51,096 nt of DNA from Patescibacteria group bacterium (GTDB lineage: Bacteria; Patescibacteriota; Patescibacteriia; UBA2591; UBA6264). Under the pieces are notes generated by a model that had not been told where the DNA came from, ran no database searches, and saw only the letters and a list, made by a program, of their open reading frames with translations. Below, piece by piece: positions 26,900 to 35,939 of this stretch. Numbering within the stretch: position 1 is the stretch's first letter; each line of letters starts with the position of its first letter. The position numbers and the translations under genes are program-made. The stretch is taken from contig DATFJC010000012.1 in assembly GCA_035269445.1 (NCBI GenBank), forward strand, positions 1 to 51,096, given 5' to 3'.

Positions 26900-27358
26900 T
26901 TACATTCTTAAAGATTGCAGAGCCTTAATAGTTGCTCTAGCATTATTAATTGAATTGTGAGATCCTAAAATTTTACCTGTAGCATTTTTAATGCCTGCCA
27001 AATTAAGTATTACTCGAACCGTGCCCCCAGCAATAATACCATGACCCTTTGGGGCTGGTCTTAAAATGATTCTAGCAGCTCCTAGTTTCATTTTTATACT
27101 ATGAGAAAGAGTTCCGTCTTTTATAGGAACCTCAACCATACTTTTCTTGGCTTTTTTAACTGCTTTTTGAATAGCAATAGGCACATCAGATCCTTTGGCT
27201 ACCCCCATACCAATTTTACCCTTTCTATTGCCTAAAACAATACAAGCCCTAAATCTCAAACGTCTTCCACCTTTGATAACTCTTACTACCCTAGCAAGAT
27301 CAACTAGTTCTTGATCAAATTCTCTTTTAGTTTTTGTAAATTTTTTCTTTTTTGCCAT
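26900..27358 (-). CDS. rpsE: 30S ribosomal protein S5
   Basis: 152 aa with VVRVIKGGRRLRFRACIVLGNRKGKIGMGVAKG. It is followed 5 nt later by rplO, so there is no room for rpmD. Confidence 0.95.
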   Translation of the reverse strand: MAKKKKFTKTKREFDQELVDLARVVRVIKGGRRLRFRACIVLGNRKGKIGMGVAKGSDVPIAIQKAVKKAKKSMVEVPIKDGTLSHSIKMKLGAARIILRPAPKGHGIIAGGTVRVILNLAGIKNATGKILGSHNSINNARATIKALQSLRM

Positions 27359-27363
27359 AATTT

Positions 27364-27723
27364 TTAAAATTTTAAGCCCTTATCTCGAGCACCTTGAGCC
27401 AAAGCCTTAATTCTACCATGAAAGCGATAACCACTACGATCAAAAACAACTTTTTTGATTTTCTTTTTCTTAGCTTTTTCAGCTAAAAGCTCGCCTGTTT
27501 TTTTAGCAGCTTCGGTTTTATTTAGTTTATTTTTGGTTTTTTTATCTTTTTTTAACTCTCTTGAATCTGCGCTTACTAAGGTTTCATCCTTTTTATCGTT
27601 TACAAGCTGAGCATAAGTAAATTTATTACTTTTAAAAACAGATAAACGAGGTCTTTCTTTGGTACCAGAAACCTTACCCCTAATTCTTCGATGTCTTTTT
27701 TTTCTTTTAGATAATTTGGTCAT
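27364..27723 (-). CDS. rplR: 50S ribosomal protein L18
   Basis: 119 aa with RHRRIRGKVSGTKERPRLSVFKSNK. Confidence 0.95.
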   Translation of the reverse strand: MTKLSKRKKRHRRIRGKVSGTKERPRLSVFKSNKFTYAQLVNDKKDETLVSADSRELKKDKKTKNKLNKTEAAKKTGELLAEKAKKKKIKKVVFDRSGYRFHGRIKALAQGARDKGLKF

Positions 27724-27753
27724 ATTTTTAAAAACTTAATAAAAATTTATAAA

Positions 27754-28311
27754 CTAGGCCCCCACGCCATCACCAGAAACTGCCTTTTTACCAGCCTTTC
27801 TCTGAATAATTTCATCCTTATATTTAATACCTTTACCTTTATAAGGCTCAGGCTTTCTAATACTTCTTATTTCAGCAGCAATTTGATTTACTCTTTGTTT
27901 ATCAATGCCTTCAATAGTAATATCAGTTTTTTTAGCAGTTATTTCGATATTTTCTGGTATTTTAAAAGAAACATCATGAGAAAAACCAACCGAAAGAACC
28001 AGAGTATCTCCTTTTACATTGGCTTTATATCCTACCCCAACCATTTCTAATTCTTTTTTAAATCCTTCAGTCACACCATGGATCATGTTTGATATAAGAC
28101 GGGCAAAAGTACCCCAAAGAGATCTTTGCTGTTTAACTTCTGGTTTTTTAACAGAAACATTTAAGAAATCTTCACTTTTTTCTACTTTTACATTTCTTGG
28201 TAAGTCTAATTTTAACTCACCCTTTGGTCCTTTAACAGAGATTTCTTGTTTAGTGATTTTAATTTCTGCTTTTTCAGGAATATTTATTTTTTGCTTACCT
28301 ATGTGTGACAT
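27754..28311 (-). CDS. rplF: 50S ribosomal protein L6
   Basis: The canonical N-terminus MSHIGKQKINIP starts at ATG 28311. The 38-codon upstream extension in the ORF track overlaps rpsH and is rejected. Confidence 0.92.
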   Translation of the reverse strand: MSHIGKQKINIPEKAEIKITKQEISVKGPKGELKLDLPRNVKVEKSEDFLNVSVKKPEVKQQRSLWGTFARLISNMIHGVTEGFKKELEMVGVGYKANVKGDTLVLSVGFSHDVSFKIPENIEITAKKTDITIEGIDKQRVNQIAAEIRSIRKPEPYKGKGIKYKDEIIQRKAGKKAVSGDGVGA

Positions 28312-28321
28312 AAAATTTAAG

Positions 28322-28738
28322 TTACCATATTTTACAAATAATTTCTCCGCCTTTACCCTCTTTATAAGCTTTATGGCCAGCCATAACTCCATCTGAAGTA
28401 GAAATAATTGACATACCATAACCACTTTTTATTTTTTTGATTTCTTCTCCTTTTTTATATACTCTCCTACCTGGCCTACTTACTCTTTTTAAATTTCTAA
28501 TAACTGGTTCGCCGTTTTTTTGATATTTTAAAACAATATCTATTTCTTTAAACATATTAGAATTGGCCTTATTAGGCGAATCTACCTCAACGACCTCAAC
28601 GTCGTTAATCCAATCATGTTTTTTTAAAACATTAGCAATAGATAATTTAAAATTTGAAAAAGGAACACTTACCTTGACTTTTTTATAAGCAAGGCCATTT
28701 CGAATTCTAGTTAACATGTCAGCTATTGGATCGGTCAT
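28322..28738 (-). CDS. rpsH: 30S ribosomal protein S8
   Basis: 138 aa with MTDPIADMLTRIRNG. Confidence 0.95.
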   Translation of the reverse strand: MTDPIADMLTRIRNGLAYKKVKVSVPFSNFKLSIANVLKKHDWINDVEVVEVDSPNKANSNMFKEIDIVLKYQKNGEPVIRNLKRVSRPGRRVYKKGEEIKKIKSGYGMSIISTSDGVMAGHKAYKEGKGGEIICKIW

Positions 28739-28787
28739 AAAAAATTAATATTAAAGTTTATAACAATTTAATTAAATTACTAAAAAT

Positions 28788-28973
28788 TTACCAACTACTT
28801 TTTCTAACACCCGGAAGTAAGCCTTTTCTAGCTAACTCTCTAAAACAAATTCTGCAAAGTCCAAATTCTCTCATATAACTCCTAGCTCTACCACAACGAA
28901 AACATCTGCGAACTTTTTTAGTTGAATGTTTAGGTTTTTTATTTGATTTTACAATTTGAGCCTTAGTAGCCAT
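28788..28973 (-). CDS. rpsN: 30S ribosomal protein S14, type Z (zinc-binding)
   Basis: 61 aa with CFRCG...CRIC and the C-terminal ending ...RKSSW. Confidence 0.95.
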   Translation of the reverse strand: MATKAQIVKSNKKPKHSTKKVRRCFRCGRARSYMREFGLCRICFRELARKGLLPGVRKSSW

Positions 28974-28987
28974 TATTTTTATAATTA

Positions 28988-29542
28988 TTATTTATCTTTT
29001 TTAACTTTAAAAGGTGTTTTTAAAAGACGCAAGAGCTCTAAGCTTTCATTGCGATCTTGGGTAGAAGTAGTTATTGTCATTTGTAAAGGAAAAGTTTTAT
29101 CTACTTCTTCAGGATTAATTTCAGGAAAAGCCATTTGATTATCAAACCCTATAGAAAGATTACCTCCCTTATCAACACTTTTAGGATCAATTCCCCTAAA
29201 GTCTCTAGTTCTTGGCAAGGCAATAAAATATACTTTTTCTAAAAAACTATATTTTTTTTCACCGCGTAAAATAGCATTTACACCAACCACCTCCCCTTGT
29301 CTAATATTAAAGCCAGCTACAGATTTTTGAGCTCGACTTAACTTAGGGCGTTGTCCAGTGATTTGGGAAACTAAATCAACAACTTTTTCTACGTATTTTG
29401 GGTCATTATCCTTTTTCTTTTTATTAATCCCAACATTAATAACAACTTTTTCGATTTTAGGAACAGCAAGCCTGTTCTTAAAACCAAACTTTTTCATCAT
29501 TTTTGGGACTATTTCTTTTTGATAAAGATTTTTTAATTTCAT
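28988..29542 (-). CDS. rplE: 50S ribosomal protein L5
   Basis: 184 aa with [33 protein letters not shown]. Confidence 0.95.
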   Translation of the reverse strand: MKLKNLYQKEIVPKMMKKFGFKNRLAVPKIEKVVINVGINKKKKDNDPKYVEKVVDLVSQITGQRPKLSRAQKSVAGFNIRQGEVVGVNAILRGEKKYSFLEKVYFIALPRTRDFRGIDPKSVDKGGNLSIGFDNQMAFPEINPEEVDKTFPLQMTITTSTQDRNESLELLRLLKTPFKVKKDK

Positions 29543-29550
29543 AAATAAAT

Positions 29551-29862
29551 TTACTTAAAAACATTTTTACAATCCCGACAAAATCTTTTTTTTCTGCCAT
29601 CAGAAAGGATTTTATAACCAACTCTAATAGCCTTGCCACATTCTGGACAAATTAATTTAACATTTGAAACATTAATTGGCATAGCCATTTTAACTCTTTG
29701 TCCTTTTTCTCCCTTTTTCTTGGGCCTAATATGCTTTGTTACCGTATTTAAACCCTCAACAACCACCTTGTTTCTGTTAGGCAAAACCTTGAGGATCTTT
29801 CCCTTTCTTCCCTTATCTTTGCCAGATATAATTTTTACTTTATCGTCTTTTTTTATTTTCAT
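29551..29862 (-). CDS. rplX: 50S ribosomal protein L24 with C-terminal four-Cys (CPEC...CRDC) zinc-ribbon-like hairpin
   Basis: 103 aa with KOW motif [23 protein letters not shown]. The C-terminus is [39 protein letters not shown]. Confidence 0.93.
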   Translation of the reverse strand: MKIKKDDKVKIISGKDKGRKGKILKVLPNRNKVVVEGLNTVTKHIRPKKKGEKGQRVKMAMPINVSNVKLICPECGKAIRVGYKILSDGRKKRFCRDCKNVFK

Positions 29863-30224
29863 AATACTTGAGGTGATAAAGAAATTACGCTTTGAAAACC
29901 TTTATCTCTTAATTCTCTGCAAACGGCTCCAAAAATTCTATTGCCCTTAGGTTCTTTACCATCTAAAATAACGGCTGCATTATCATCAAACCTAATATAA
30001 ACCCCATTATCGCGAGCTATTTCTTTTTTAGTTCTCACTATTACGGCTTTAACAACATCTCCTTTTTTAATTTCTTTACGAGGAGTTGCTTTTTTAACCG
30101 TGGCAACAATAATATCACCTACGGTGGCAGTTGGTCTTTTCCCACTACCTAAAACCCTAATGCATTGAATTATATTTGCGCCTGTATTGTCAATTATTTT
30201 TAATTTAGTTTGCGGTTGAATCAT
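29859..30224 (-). CDS. rplN: 50S ribosomal protein L14
   Basis: 121 aa with [16 protein letters not shown]. Confidence 0.95.
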   Translation of the reverse strand: MIQPQTKLKIIDNTGANIIQCIRVLGSGKRPTATVGDIIVATVKKATPRKEIKKGDVVKAVIVRTKKEIARDNGVYIRFDDNAAVILDGKEPKGNRIFGAVCRELRDKGFQSVISLSPQVL

Positions 30225-30229
30225 AGAAT

Positions 30230-30466
30230 TTAATCTAATACTTTAATTAATCGCCATTTTTTACCCTTAGAAATAGGGCGACATTCTTGAAAAAGTACTT
30301 TTTGGCCATTTTTAGCTCTATTGTTCTCATCATGAACTTTGTACTTTTTGTGAACTTTGTATCTTTTTTTATATAAGGGATGCATTTTTGTTCTTTCTAC
30401 ATTTACTACTATAGTTTTATCCATTTTATCAGAAACAACTTCCCCTTTAAATCTTTTTTTAGCCAT
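30230..30466 (-). CDS. rpsQ: 30S ribosomal protein S17
   Basis: 78 aa with [19 protein letters not shown], in conserved order. Confidence 0.93.
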   Translation of the reverse strand: MAKKRFKGEVVSDKMDKTIVVNVERTKMHPLYKKRYKVHKKYKVHDENNRAKNGQKVLFQECRPISKGKKWRLIKVLD

Positions 30467-30471
30467 AATAT

Positions 30472-30660
30472 TTAGTTATTATTTTGTTTTAAAATAGTAA
30501 GAATACGAGCTATATTTTTTTTAATATTACGTATTTTTCTAACATTTTTTGATTGTTTTAAAGAAACACCAAATCTTAGCTCTCGCAAACCTTCTTTTTG
30601 TTCATTTAAAAGATTCTTTAATTCATTTTTGCTTTTTTTCCTAAGTTCTTTTATTTTCAT
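30472..30660 (-). CDS. rpmC: 50S ribosomal protein L29
   Basis: 62 aa with MKIKELRKKSKNELKNLLNEQKEGLRELRF. Confidence 0.93.
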   Translation of the reverse strand: MKIKELRKKSKNELKNLLNEQKEGLRELRFGVSLKQSKNVRKIRNIKKNIARILTILKQNNN

Positions 30661-30661
30661 A

Positions 30662-31075
30662 CTATTTTTTCTTAACTATTTTGGTTTTAACTGGTAATTT
30701 ATGAGATGCCTTTTTAAACACTTTTCTGGTTGTTGCTTCATCAAGACCGGTTAATTCAAAAATTATTCTACCTGGTTTTACAGGAGCTACAAAGTGATCT
30801 AATTCTCCCTTGCCACCTCCCATTGGTAATTCTTGGCCTTTTTTGGTTACTGGTTTATCAGGAAAAATTCTAATCCATAACTTACCTCCTTTATCAAAAT
30901 TTCTAACAAAAACTTTTCTACAAGCTTCTATTTGACGTGAGGTAATCCACCTAGATTCGGTTGATTTTAAACCATATTCACCAAATGCTATAGTAGTACC
31001 ACGGCCTGCCCTTCCCTTATTTCGACGACGGCCTTTTTGGGTTTTTCTATATTTTACTTTTTTGGGCATTAACAT
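30662..31075 (-). CDS. rplP: 50S ribosomal protein L16
   Basis: The canonical [11 protein letters not shown] start is at ATG 31075. The ORF track begins 2 codons earlier at a GTG. Confidence 0.93.
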   Translation of the reverse strand: MLMPKKVKYRKTQKGRRRNKGRAGRGTTIAFGEYGLKSTESRWITSRQIEACRKVFVRNFDKGGKLWIRIFPDKPVTKKGQELPMGGGKGELDHFVAPVKPGRIIFELTGLDEATTRKVFKKASHKLPVKTKIVKKK

Positions 31076-31097
31076 AAACACCTTATTTAAATCTTAA

Positions 31098-31859
31098 CTA
31101 TTTATTACTTTTATTTTTTTTCTTAGCACTTTTCTTTTTTTTATCATTTTCTTTGCTGTTTTTATTGGATTTATTTTTATTTTCATTGGTATCATTTTCA
31201 TTTTTTTTCTCTCCCCCATCAATACCAAATTTGTCACCTTTATAAATCCAGACTTTAACACCAATACTTCCATAAATTGTGGCAGCTACACCTTTGGCAT
31301 AATCAATGTCAGCTCGGAGAGTATGTAGTGGTAATTTACCCCAATTTAACTTTTCACTTCTAGCAATATCAGCCCCAGACAAACGACCACTAACCTGAAC
31401 TCTTATTCCTTTAGCATCAGATGATTCAACATCTCTAATTGCTTTTTTTAATACTCTTCTATATGGTATTCTTCTTTCTAGGCCATTAACTATAGTTTCT
31501 AAAACTACTTCTGCTGACATGCGAGGCTTGTTTTCCTCAACCACATTAACTTCTAATTTATGACCCTTTTTTAAAAATTCTTTTTTTAGTTTTTCTTTTA
31601 ATTTTTCAATTTGGGCTCCACCTCTACCAATAACAAGTCCTGGTTTGGCAGTGTGTATTGTAATATTAATTTTTTTTGCTAAACGTTCTAATATTAATTT
31701 TGAAACACCACCACCTTTTAATTCTTTATTTAAAAAATCTCTAATAGCTAAATCTTCTTGTAAAAGTTTTCTGTATTCATTTTTATTACCAAACCATTTT
31801 GAATCCCATTTTTTTATAAAAGGAATGCGAAATATTTTTGGATTAATTTTTCTTCCCAT
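31098..31859 (-). CDS. rpsC: 30S ribosomal protein S3 (with ~40-aa Lys/Asn-rich C-terminal tail)
   Basis: 253 aa with MGRKINPKIFRI and a KH domain. The tail is GGEKKNENDTNENKNKSNKNSKENDKKKKSAKKKNKSNK. Confidence 0.95.
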   Translation of the reverse strand: MGRKINPKIFRIPFIKKWDSKWFGNKNEYRKLLQEDLAIRDFLNKELKGGGVSKLILERLAKKINITIHTAKPGLVIGRGGAQIEKLKEKLKKEFLKKGHKLEVNVVEENKPRMSAEVVLETIVNGLERRIPYRRVLKKAIRDVESSDAKGIRVQVSGRLSGADIARSEKLNWGKLPLHTLRADIDYAKGVAATIYGSIGVKVWIYKGDKFGIDGGEKKNENDTNENKNKSNKNSKENDKKKKSAKKKNKSNK

Positions 31860-31870
31860 AAATTATTAAA

Positions 31871-32404
31871 TTAGATATTTTTCCTTCTAAACATCCTTTT
31901 CAAAGGATTAGCCTTTTTGATTTCTCCTTGTTTATTTATTTTTTCATCAGAATGTTCTTTTCTAGGCTGAGGTTTTTTAGAAATTTTCTTTTTTTCATCA
32001 ATTTCTTCCTTTGAAACTTCTTTAATGTCAGGATTCTCTATTTTGCCTGCTTTCTTTTTTATAGCTCTTTTTTCTTTTTGAGCTAAAACAACCTCAATAT
32101 GAGAACTTCTTCTTCTTATAATCATAGCTCTTCCCATGGCCCTAGCTCTTTGTCTTTTTAAGGTAGGGCCCTCATTTACTAAAACATTTTTAACTATTAA
32201 ATTATCTTCATCCATATTAAAATTATGCTTGGCATTAGCAAGAGCAGAATTAAGAGCCTTTTTTACAAAATAGGAAGCTTTTTTTTGTATAAAATCTAAA
32301 CTATTTAAAGCTTCACTTACTTGCATGCCCTTAACTGCCTCGGCTACTAACCGTGCTTTTTTAGGTGATATATGTTGATAATTTGCTTTTGCTTTAACTT
32401 CCAT
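31871..32404 (-). CDS. rplV: 50S ribosomal protein L22 (with ~60-aa Lys/Glu-rich C-terminal extension)
   Basis: 177 aa with ISPKKARLVAEAVKG, and an extension from about residue 115. Confidence 0.93.
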   Translation of the reverse strand: MEVKAKANYQHISPKKARLVAEAVKGMQVSEALNSLDFIQKKASYFVKKALNSALANAKHNFNMDEDNLIVKNVLVNEGPTLKRQRARAMGRAMIIRRRSSHIEVVLAQKEKRAIKKKAGKIENPDIKEVSKEEIDEKKKISKKPQPRKEHSDEKINKQGEIKKANPLKRMFRRKNI

Positions 32405-32423
32405 GACTAATATTTATTTTAAA

Positions 32424-32708
32424 TTATTCTTCTGAACTATCTAGTTCTCTTTGCATAGATCCTCCATGTTTAATAAATTTCCTGGTTGGAGCAAACTCGC
32501 CTAACTTATGACCAACCATATTTTCAACTATTAAAATTGCAACATGCTTTCTACCGTTATGAACCTTAATAGTAAAGCCAACCATTTCTGGAATAATAGT
32601 AGACTCTCTAGACCAAGTCTTTATCTCATCTTCTCCTCTTTTAGCATTCTTTATCTTTTTTTGTAATTTGGGGGCTACCCAAGGTTCTTTTTTAAGTGAT
32701 CTACTCAT
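32424..32708 (-). CDS. rpsS: 30S ribosomal protein S19
   Basis: 94 aa with [15 protein letters not shown] and [13 protein letters not shown]. Confidence 0.95.
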   Translation of the reverse strand: MSRSLKKEPWVAPKLQKKIKNAKRGEDEIKTWSRESTIIPEMVGFTIKVHNGRKHVAILIVENMVGHKLGEFAPTRKFIKHGGSMQRELDSSEE

Positions 32709-32709
32709 A

Positions 32710-33543
32710 TTATTTTCTTTTTTTAATACGTCTTCTTATTATAAACTTATTAGAGGATTTTTTCTTATTTCTTGTTTTAACACCATAGGCTGTTTTTCCC
32801 CAAGGAGTCATAGGATGAACTCTGCTAATATGACCACCCCCTTCTCTTCCACCATGAGGATGAGCTACTGGTGCCATGGCCTTACCTCTAACTGAGGGAC
32901 GAATACCAACATGTCTTTTTCGGCCAGCCTTACCCCATCGCATAAAACGCCATTCAGGATTAGATACTTGGCCAATGGAAGCACTTACATTTATAGGAAA
33001 GCGCCTTATTTCGCTAGAAGGTAGTTTTACCTGGGCATAATCTTCTCCCTTTGACATCAAAGTAGCAGCTGCCCCAGCAGAACGAATCATTTTACCACCC
33101 TGACCAGATATAAATTCTATATTATAAATTTGAGTGCCAGTAGGTATCTCTTTTAAGGGCATTCTATTAGCTGGCTCTATTTTAACAGATTTTTTAGAAG
33201 ATAAAACCGTATCTCCCTTTTTTAAATTTTTGGGTGCTATGATATAAGACTTTGCACCATCTTTATAAAAAATTAAAGCAATATTGGCAGTTCTATTTGG
33301 ATCATATTCTATTGACTTAACAATGCCCGGAATATCATATTTTATTCTTTTAAAATCAACTATTCTTATAAACCTTTTATGGCCTCCACCCTGGTGACGA
33401 ACGGTAATTCGTCCCTTACTTCGACCAGCTTTTTGTTTTCTTATTTTAGTCAAAGACTTAAGGGGTTTACCTTGTATGGCTCTAGTATCTATTATACTAG
33501 CTTTTCTTCTACCGGGAGTTGTTGGTTTATATTTTTTTAACAT
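32710..33543 (-). CDS. rplB: 50S ribosomal protein L2
   Basis: 277 aa with YKPTTPGRR and [13 protein letters not shown]...HPHGGREGG. Confidence 0.96.
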   Translation of the reverse strand: MLKKYKPTTPGRRKASIIDTRAIQGKPLKSLTKIRKQKAGRSKGRITVRHQGGGHKRFIRIVDFKRIKYDIPGIVKSIEYDPNRTANIALIFYKDGAKSYIIAPKNLKKGDTVLSSKKSVKIEPANRMPLKEIPTGTQIYNIEFISGQGGKMIRSAGAAATLMSKGEDYAQVKLPSSEIRRFPINVSASIGQVSNPEWRFMRWGKAGRKRHVGIRPSVRGKAMAPVAHPHGGREGGGHISRVHPMTPWGKTAYGVKTRNKKKSSNKFIIRRRIKKRK

Positions 33544-33546
33544 AAA

Positions 33547-34095
33547 TTATTTTTTACTTGTCAGTTCAATTTTATCACCTTGTTTTAAAAATACCAAGGC
33601 TTTTTTTCTTTTTTTTGTTCTTCCCATTTGACGTCCATAACGAACACTTTTACCAGGTACTTTAATAGTTCTTACCTTTTCTGGCATAACATTAAAAACC
33701 TCTTTAATTGCTTTTTTGATTTCAATTTTATTAGCCTTTGGATAAACATAAAAGCTATAAACCCCCTTTGCTTGAAGCTGGGTAGCTTTTTCTGTTATAA
33801 CCGGCTTAACCAAAACCCTATGAGCAATATTTCTAAAGGATAAGTTCTTTAAAGCTGCTTTTTTCTTTTTGTTCTTTTGTGTTTTAGGTTTAGACTTTTC
33901 CTTACTAGCAACACTTTTCTTTTTTGTATTTTTCTCTTTCTTGACTTTATCTTCTTTTTTTATATTTTTCTCTTTCTTAGCTTTATCTTCTTTTTTTGTT
34001 TTTTTCTCTTTCTTAGCTTTATCTTCTTTTTTAGTCTTATTTTCTTTTTTTGTATTTTTTTCGTCTTTACCTAATACTTTATCTACTATAGTCAT
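33547..34095 (-). CDS. rplW: 50S ribosomal protein L23 with ~85-aa N-terminal Lys/Glu repeat extension
   Basis: 182 aa. The L23 core is the C-terminal ~95 aa (VLVKPVITEKATQLQAKGVYSFYVYPKANKIEIKKAIKEVFNV). The N-terminus carries 12-aa repeats TKKEDKAKKEKK. Confidence 0.92.
   Translation of the reverse strand: MTIVDKVLGKDEKNTKKENKTKKEDKAKKEKKTKKEDKAKKEKNIKKEDKVKKEKNTKKKSVASKEKSKPKTQKNKKKKAALKNLSFRNIAHRVLVKPVITEKATQLQAKGVYSFYVYPKANKIEIKKAIKEVFNVMPEKVRTIKVPGKSVRYGRQMGRTKKRKKALVFLKQGDKIELTSKK
33925..34032 (-). repeat. Three near-perfect 36-bp tandem repeats (plus a degenerate fourth to about 34068) inside rplW
   Basis: Plus-strand units are tgtatttttctctttcttgactttatcttctttttt, tatatttttctctttcttagctttatcttctttttt and tgtttttttctctttcttagctttatcttctttttt. 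They are in frame and encode KKEDKAKKEKxx. Confidence 0.85.
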
Positions 34096-34100
34096 AAAAT

Positions 34101-34754
34101 TTATTTATATTGGTTTTCTAATTTTTTAATGCCATCTACTGTAGTAACTAAATAATTTGTATCCAAAACATCTAAAACATTAATATCAGAAATAGGCTTT
34201 ATTTTAAGGCCAGCTATATTTTTGGCCGCCCTGATTATTTTTAAATCCTTCTCTGGTAAACCGAGAAGGACTTTTTTATTTTTATATTTCTTAGATTTTG
34301 ATTTAATATCAATAATATTTTTTAAAATAGAATAAAAGATCTTTGTTTTAGCCTCAGATAAATTAAATTTATTTATTAAAATAAGCTTTTTAGCCTTAAC
34401 CTTATCAGTTAAAGCCATAAATAAGGCTTTTCTTTTTACTTTTTTATTAACTTTTTTCTTAAAATTACGATTTTTTCTAGGCCCAAAAGTAATTCCTCCA
34501 CCAATCCAAATAGGAGAACGGCTTGAACCAGCCCTTGCTCTGCCAGTTCCTTTTTGACGCCAAGGCTTTTTTCCACCACCTCTTTTTTCTGATCTTGTTT
34601 TAGTATGAGCCAAAACTTGCCTTTTATTTGATTGAAGGGCAGTTACCACTAAATGAATCACACTAGGATCAATTTTAACCCCAAAGATATCAGAAGACAA
34701 ATTCTTCTTTTTTAACTTTTCTCCTTTTTGATTATATACTTGAACTTGAGACAT
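34101..34754 (-). CDS. rplD: 50S ribosomal protein L4
   Basis: 217 aa with RGGGKKPWRQKGTGRARAGSSRSPIWIGGGITFGP. Confidence 0.95.
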   Translation of the reverse strand: MSQVQVYNQKGEKLKKKNLSSDIFGVKIDPSVIHLVVTALQSNKRQVLAHTKTRSEKRGGGKKPWRQKGTGRARAGSSRSPIWIGGGITFGPRKNRNFKKKVNKKVKRKALFMALTDKVKAKKLILINKFNLSEAKTKIFYSILKNIIDIKSKSKKYKNKKVLLGLPEKDLKIIRAAKNIAGLKIKPISDINVLDVLDTNYLVTTVDGIKKLENQYK

Positions 34755-34759
34755 AAAAT

Positions 34760-35353
34760 TTAGGCTTTAATCTTTAAAAAAGTGCCTCTACTTCCTGGCA
34801 CTGATCCTTTTATAAAGAGAATATTTTTGTCAGAATCAACTTTTAACAGTTCTAGATTAGAAGTTGTAATTGTGTCTCCCCCAGTTCTACCTGCCATTTT
34901 TTTGTTTGGGAAAACTCTTTCTGGGTCAGTAGCACCAATTGAACCAGGAAAACGAGTATGGCCTTTATTATGACCATGGCTTCTAGGAAAACCAGAAAAG
35001 CCATGCCTTTTCATAACACCTTGAAACCCTTTTCCCTTAGAAACACCAGTTATTTTTAAGTGATCGCCTTTTTCAAATTGATCAACTGTTAATTTTTCTC
35101 CATTTTTTAATTTAGGAGTATTTTCAAATCTAAATTCGGTTAAATGTTTAAAAGGTTTTTTCTTATTATAGTTTTTAATATTTTTAGTTCTTTTTTCAAA
35201 GCCAATCTGAACAGCATTATAACCATCTGTTCCTTCTTTAGTTTTTACCTGACTAACAAGACAAGGACCAGCCTTTATTTTGGTTACTGGAACTCTTTTA
35301 TCGTTTTCAAATATTTGAGTCATTTCTAATTTTTTTCCAAGTATAAATTTCAT
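34760..35353 (-). CDS. rplC: 50S ribosomal protein L3
   Basis: The canonical N-terminus MKFILGKKLEMTQIF starts at ATG 35353. The ORF-track TTG extension (to 35398) covers a leader hairpin and is rejected. Confidence 0.93.
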   Translation of the reverse strand: MKFILGKKLEMTQIFENDKRVPVTKIKAGPCLVSQVKTKEGTDGYNAVQIGFEKRTKNIKNYNKKKPFKHLTEFRFENTPKLKNGEKLTVDQFEKGDHLKITGVSKGKGFQGVMKRHGFSGFPRSHGHNKGHTRFPGSIGATDPERVFPNKKMAGRTGGDTITTSNLELLKVDSDKNILFIKGSVPGSRGTFLKIKA

Positions 35354-35375
35354 AAATTTGTTATAAAATAAAAAT

Positions 35376-35409
35376 CCGATTGGCCTAGTCACCTCCAAAA
35401 TCCAACCGG
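35376..35409 (-). promoter_or_regulatory. Hairpin plus U-tract in the unusual 169-nt rpsJ-rplC spacer (possible attenuator or protein-binding leader)
   Basis: Minus RNA CCGGUUGG-18 nt loop (containing GGAGGUGA)-CCAAUCGG forms an 8-bp stem with one G-U pair. It is followed by AUUUUUAUUUUAUAAC and ends 22 nt before the rplC ATG. Confidence 0.4.
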
Positions 35410-35522
35410 AAATAAAGGTTAATTACACTAGCCCTTAATCATAAAATCTCCAAAAAATAAATAAATGTAAATATGGCATTTTTAAGCCAATAATTAATAT
35501 TTATTAAACCTAAATAAATGAG

Positions 35523-35873
35523 CTACATTTTAATTTCTACATCTACGCCTGCTGGCAAATGCAGCCCTCGCAGAATTTCTAGAGTTTTTTCATTAAAGTC
35601 AACAATGTCTATAAGGCGCTTATGAACTCTTTTTTCATATTGATCCTTGGAAGCTTCGTGGACAAAGGGTGATCTAGTTACCGTATATTTTCTTATCTTG
35701 GTTGGTAAAAAAATCGGCCCAATAATATTAGCCTCTGTTCTAGACAAAGACTCAATAATATTTTTTAAAGCTTCATCAATAACCCTATGATCATAAGATT
35801 TGACCTTAATTCTAATACGAGGTTTTGGGGTTTTATTTTTAATTTTCTTTTTTTTGTTTTTCTTTTCAGCCAT
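35523..35873 (-). CDS. rpsJ: 30S ribosomal protein S10 (Lys-rich N-terminal extension)
   Basis: 116 aa. After MAEKKNKKKKIKNKTPKP comes RIRIKVKSYDHRVIDEALKNIIE. Confidence 0.95.
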   Translation of the reverse strand: MAEKKNKKKKIKNKTPKPRIRIKVKSYDHRVIDEALKNIIESLSRTEANIIGPIFLPTKIRKYTVTRSPFVHEASKDQYEKRVHKRLIDIVDFNEKTLEILRGLHLPAGVDVEIKM

Positions 35874-35939
35874 TACTTTTAATAAAGAACTTGATAACTT
35901 ATTAAGTTTAGACTAATAACTATAAATTAGATAGATCAT

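Noticed and set aside
27754-28425. The ORF track gives extended N-termini for rplF (to 28425), rplC (to 35398, TTG), ruvX (to 23668, TTG) and rplP (to 31081, GTG).
   Set aside because: The canonical family N-termini begin at internal ATGs (28311, 35353, 23641, 31075). The extensions overlap upstream genes or regulatory hairpins and have no homology-like sequence.
33925-34068. The 36-bp tandem repeats were considered as a possible CRISPR array or minisatellite.
   Set aside because: The units are directly abutting with no spacers, lie in frame within rplW, and encode a Lys/Glu peptide repeat. No cas genes are present.
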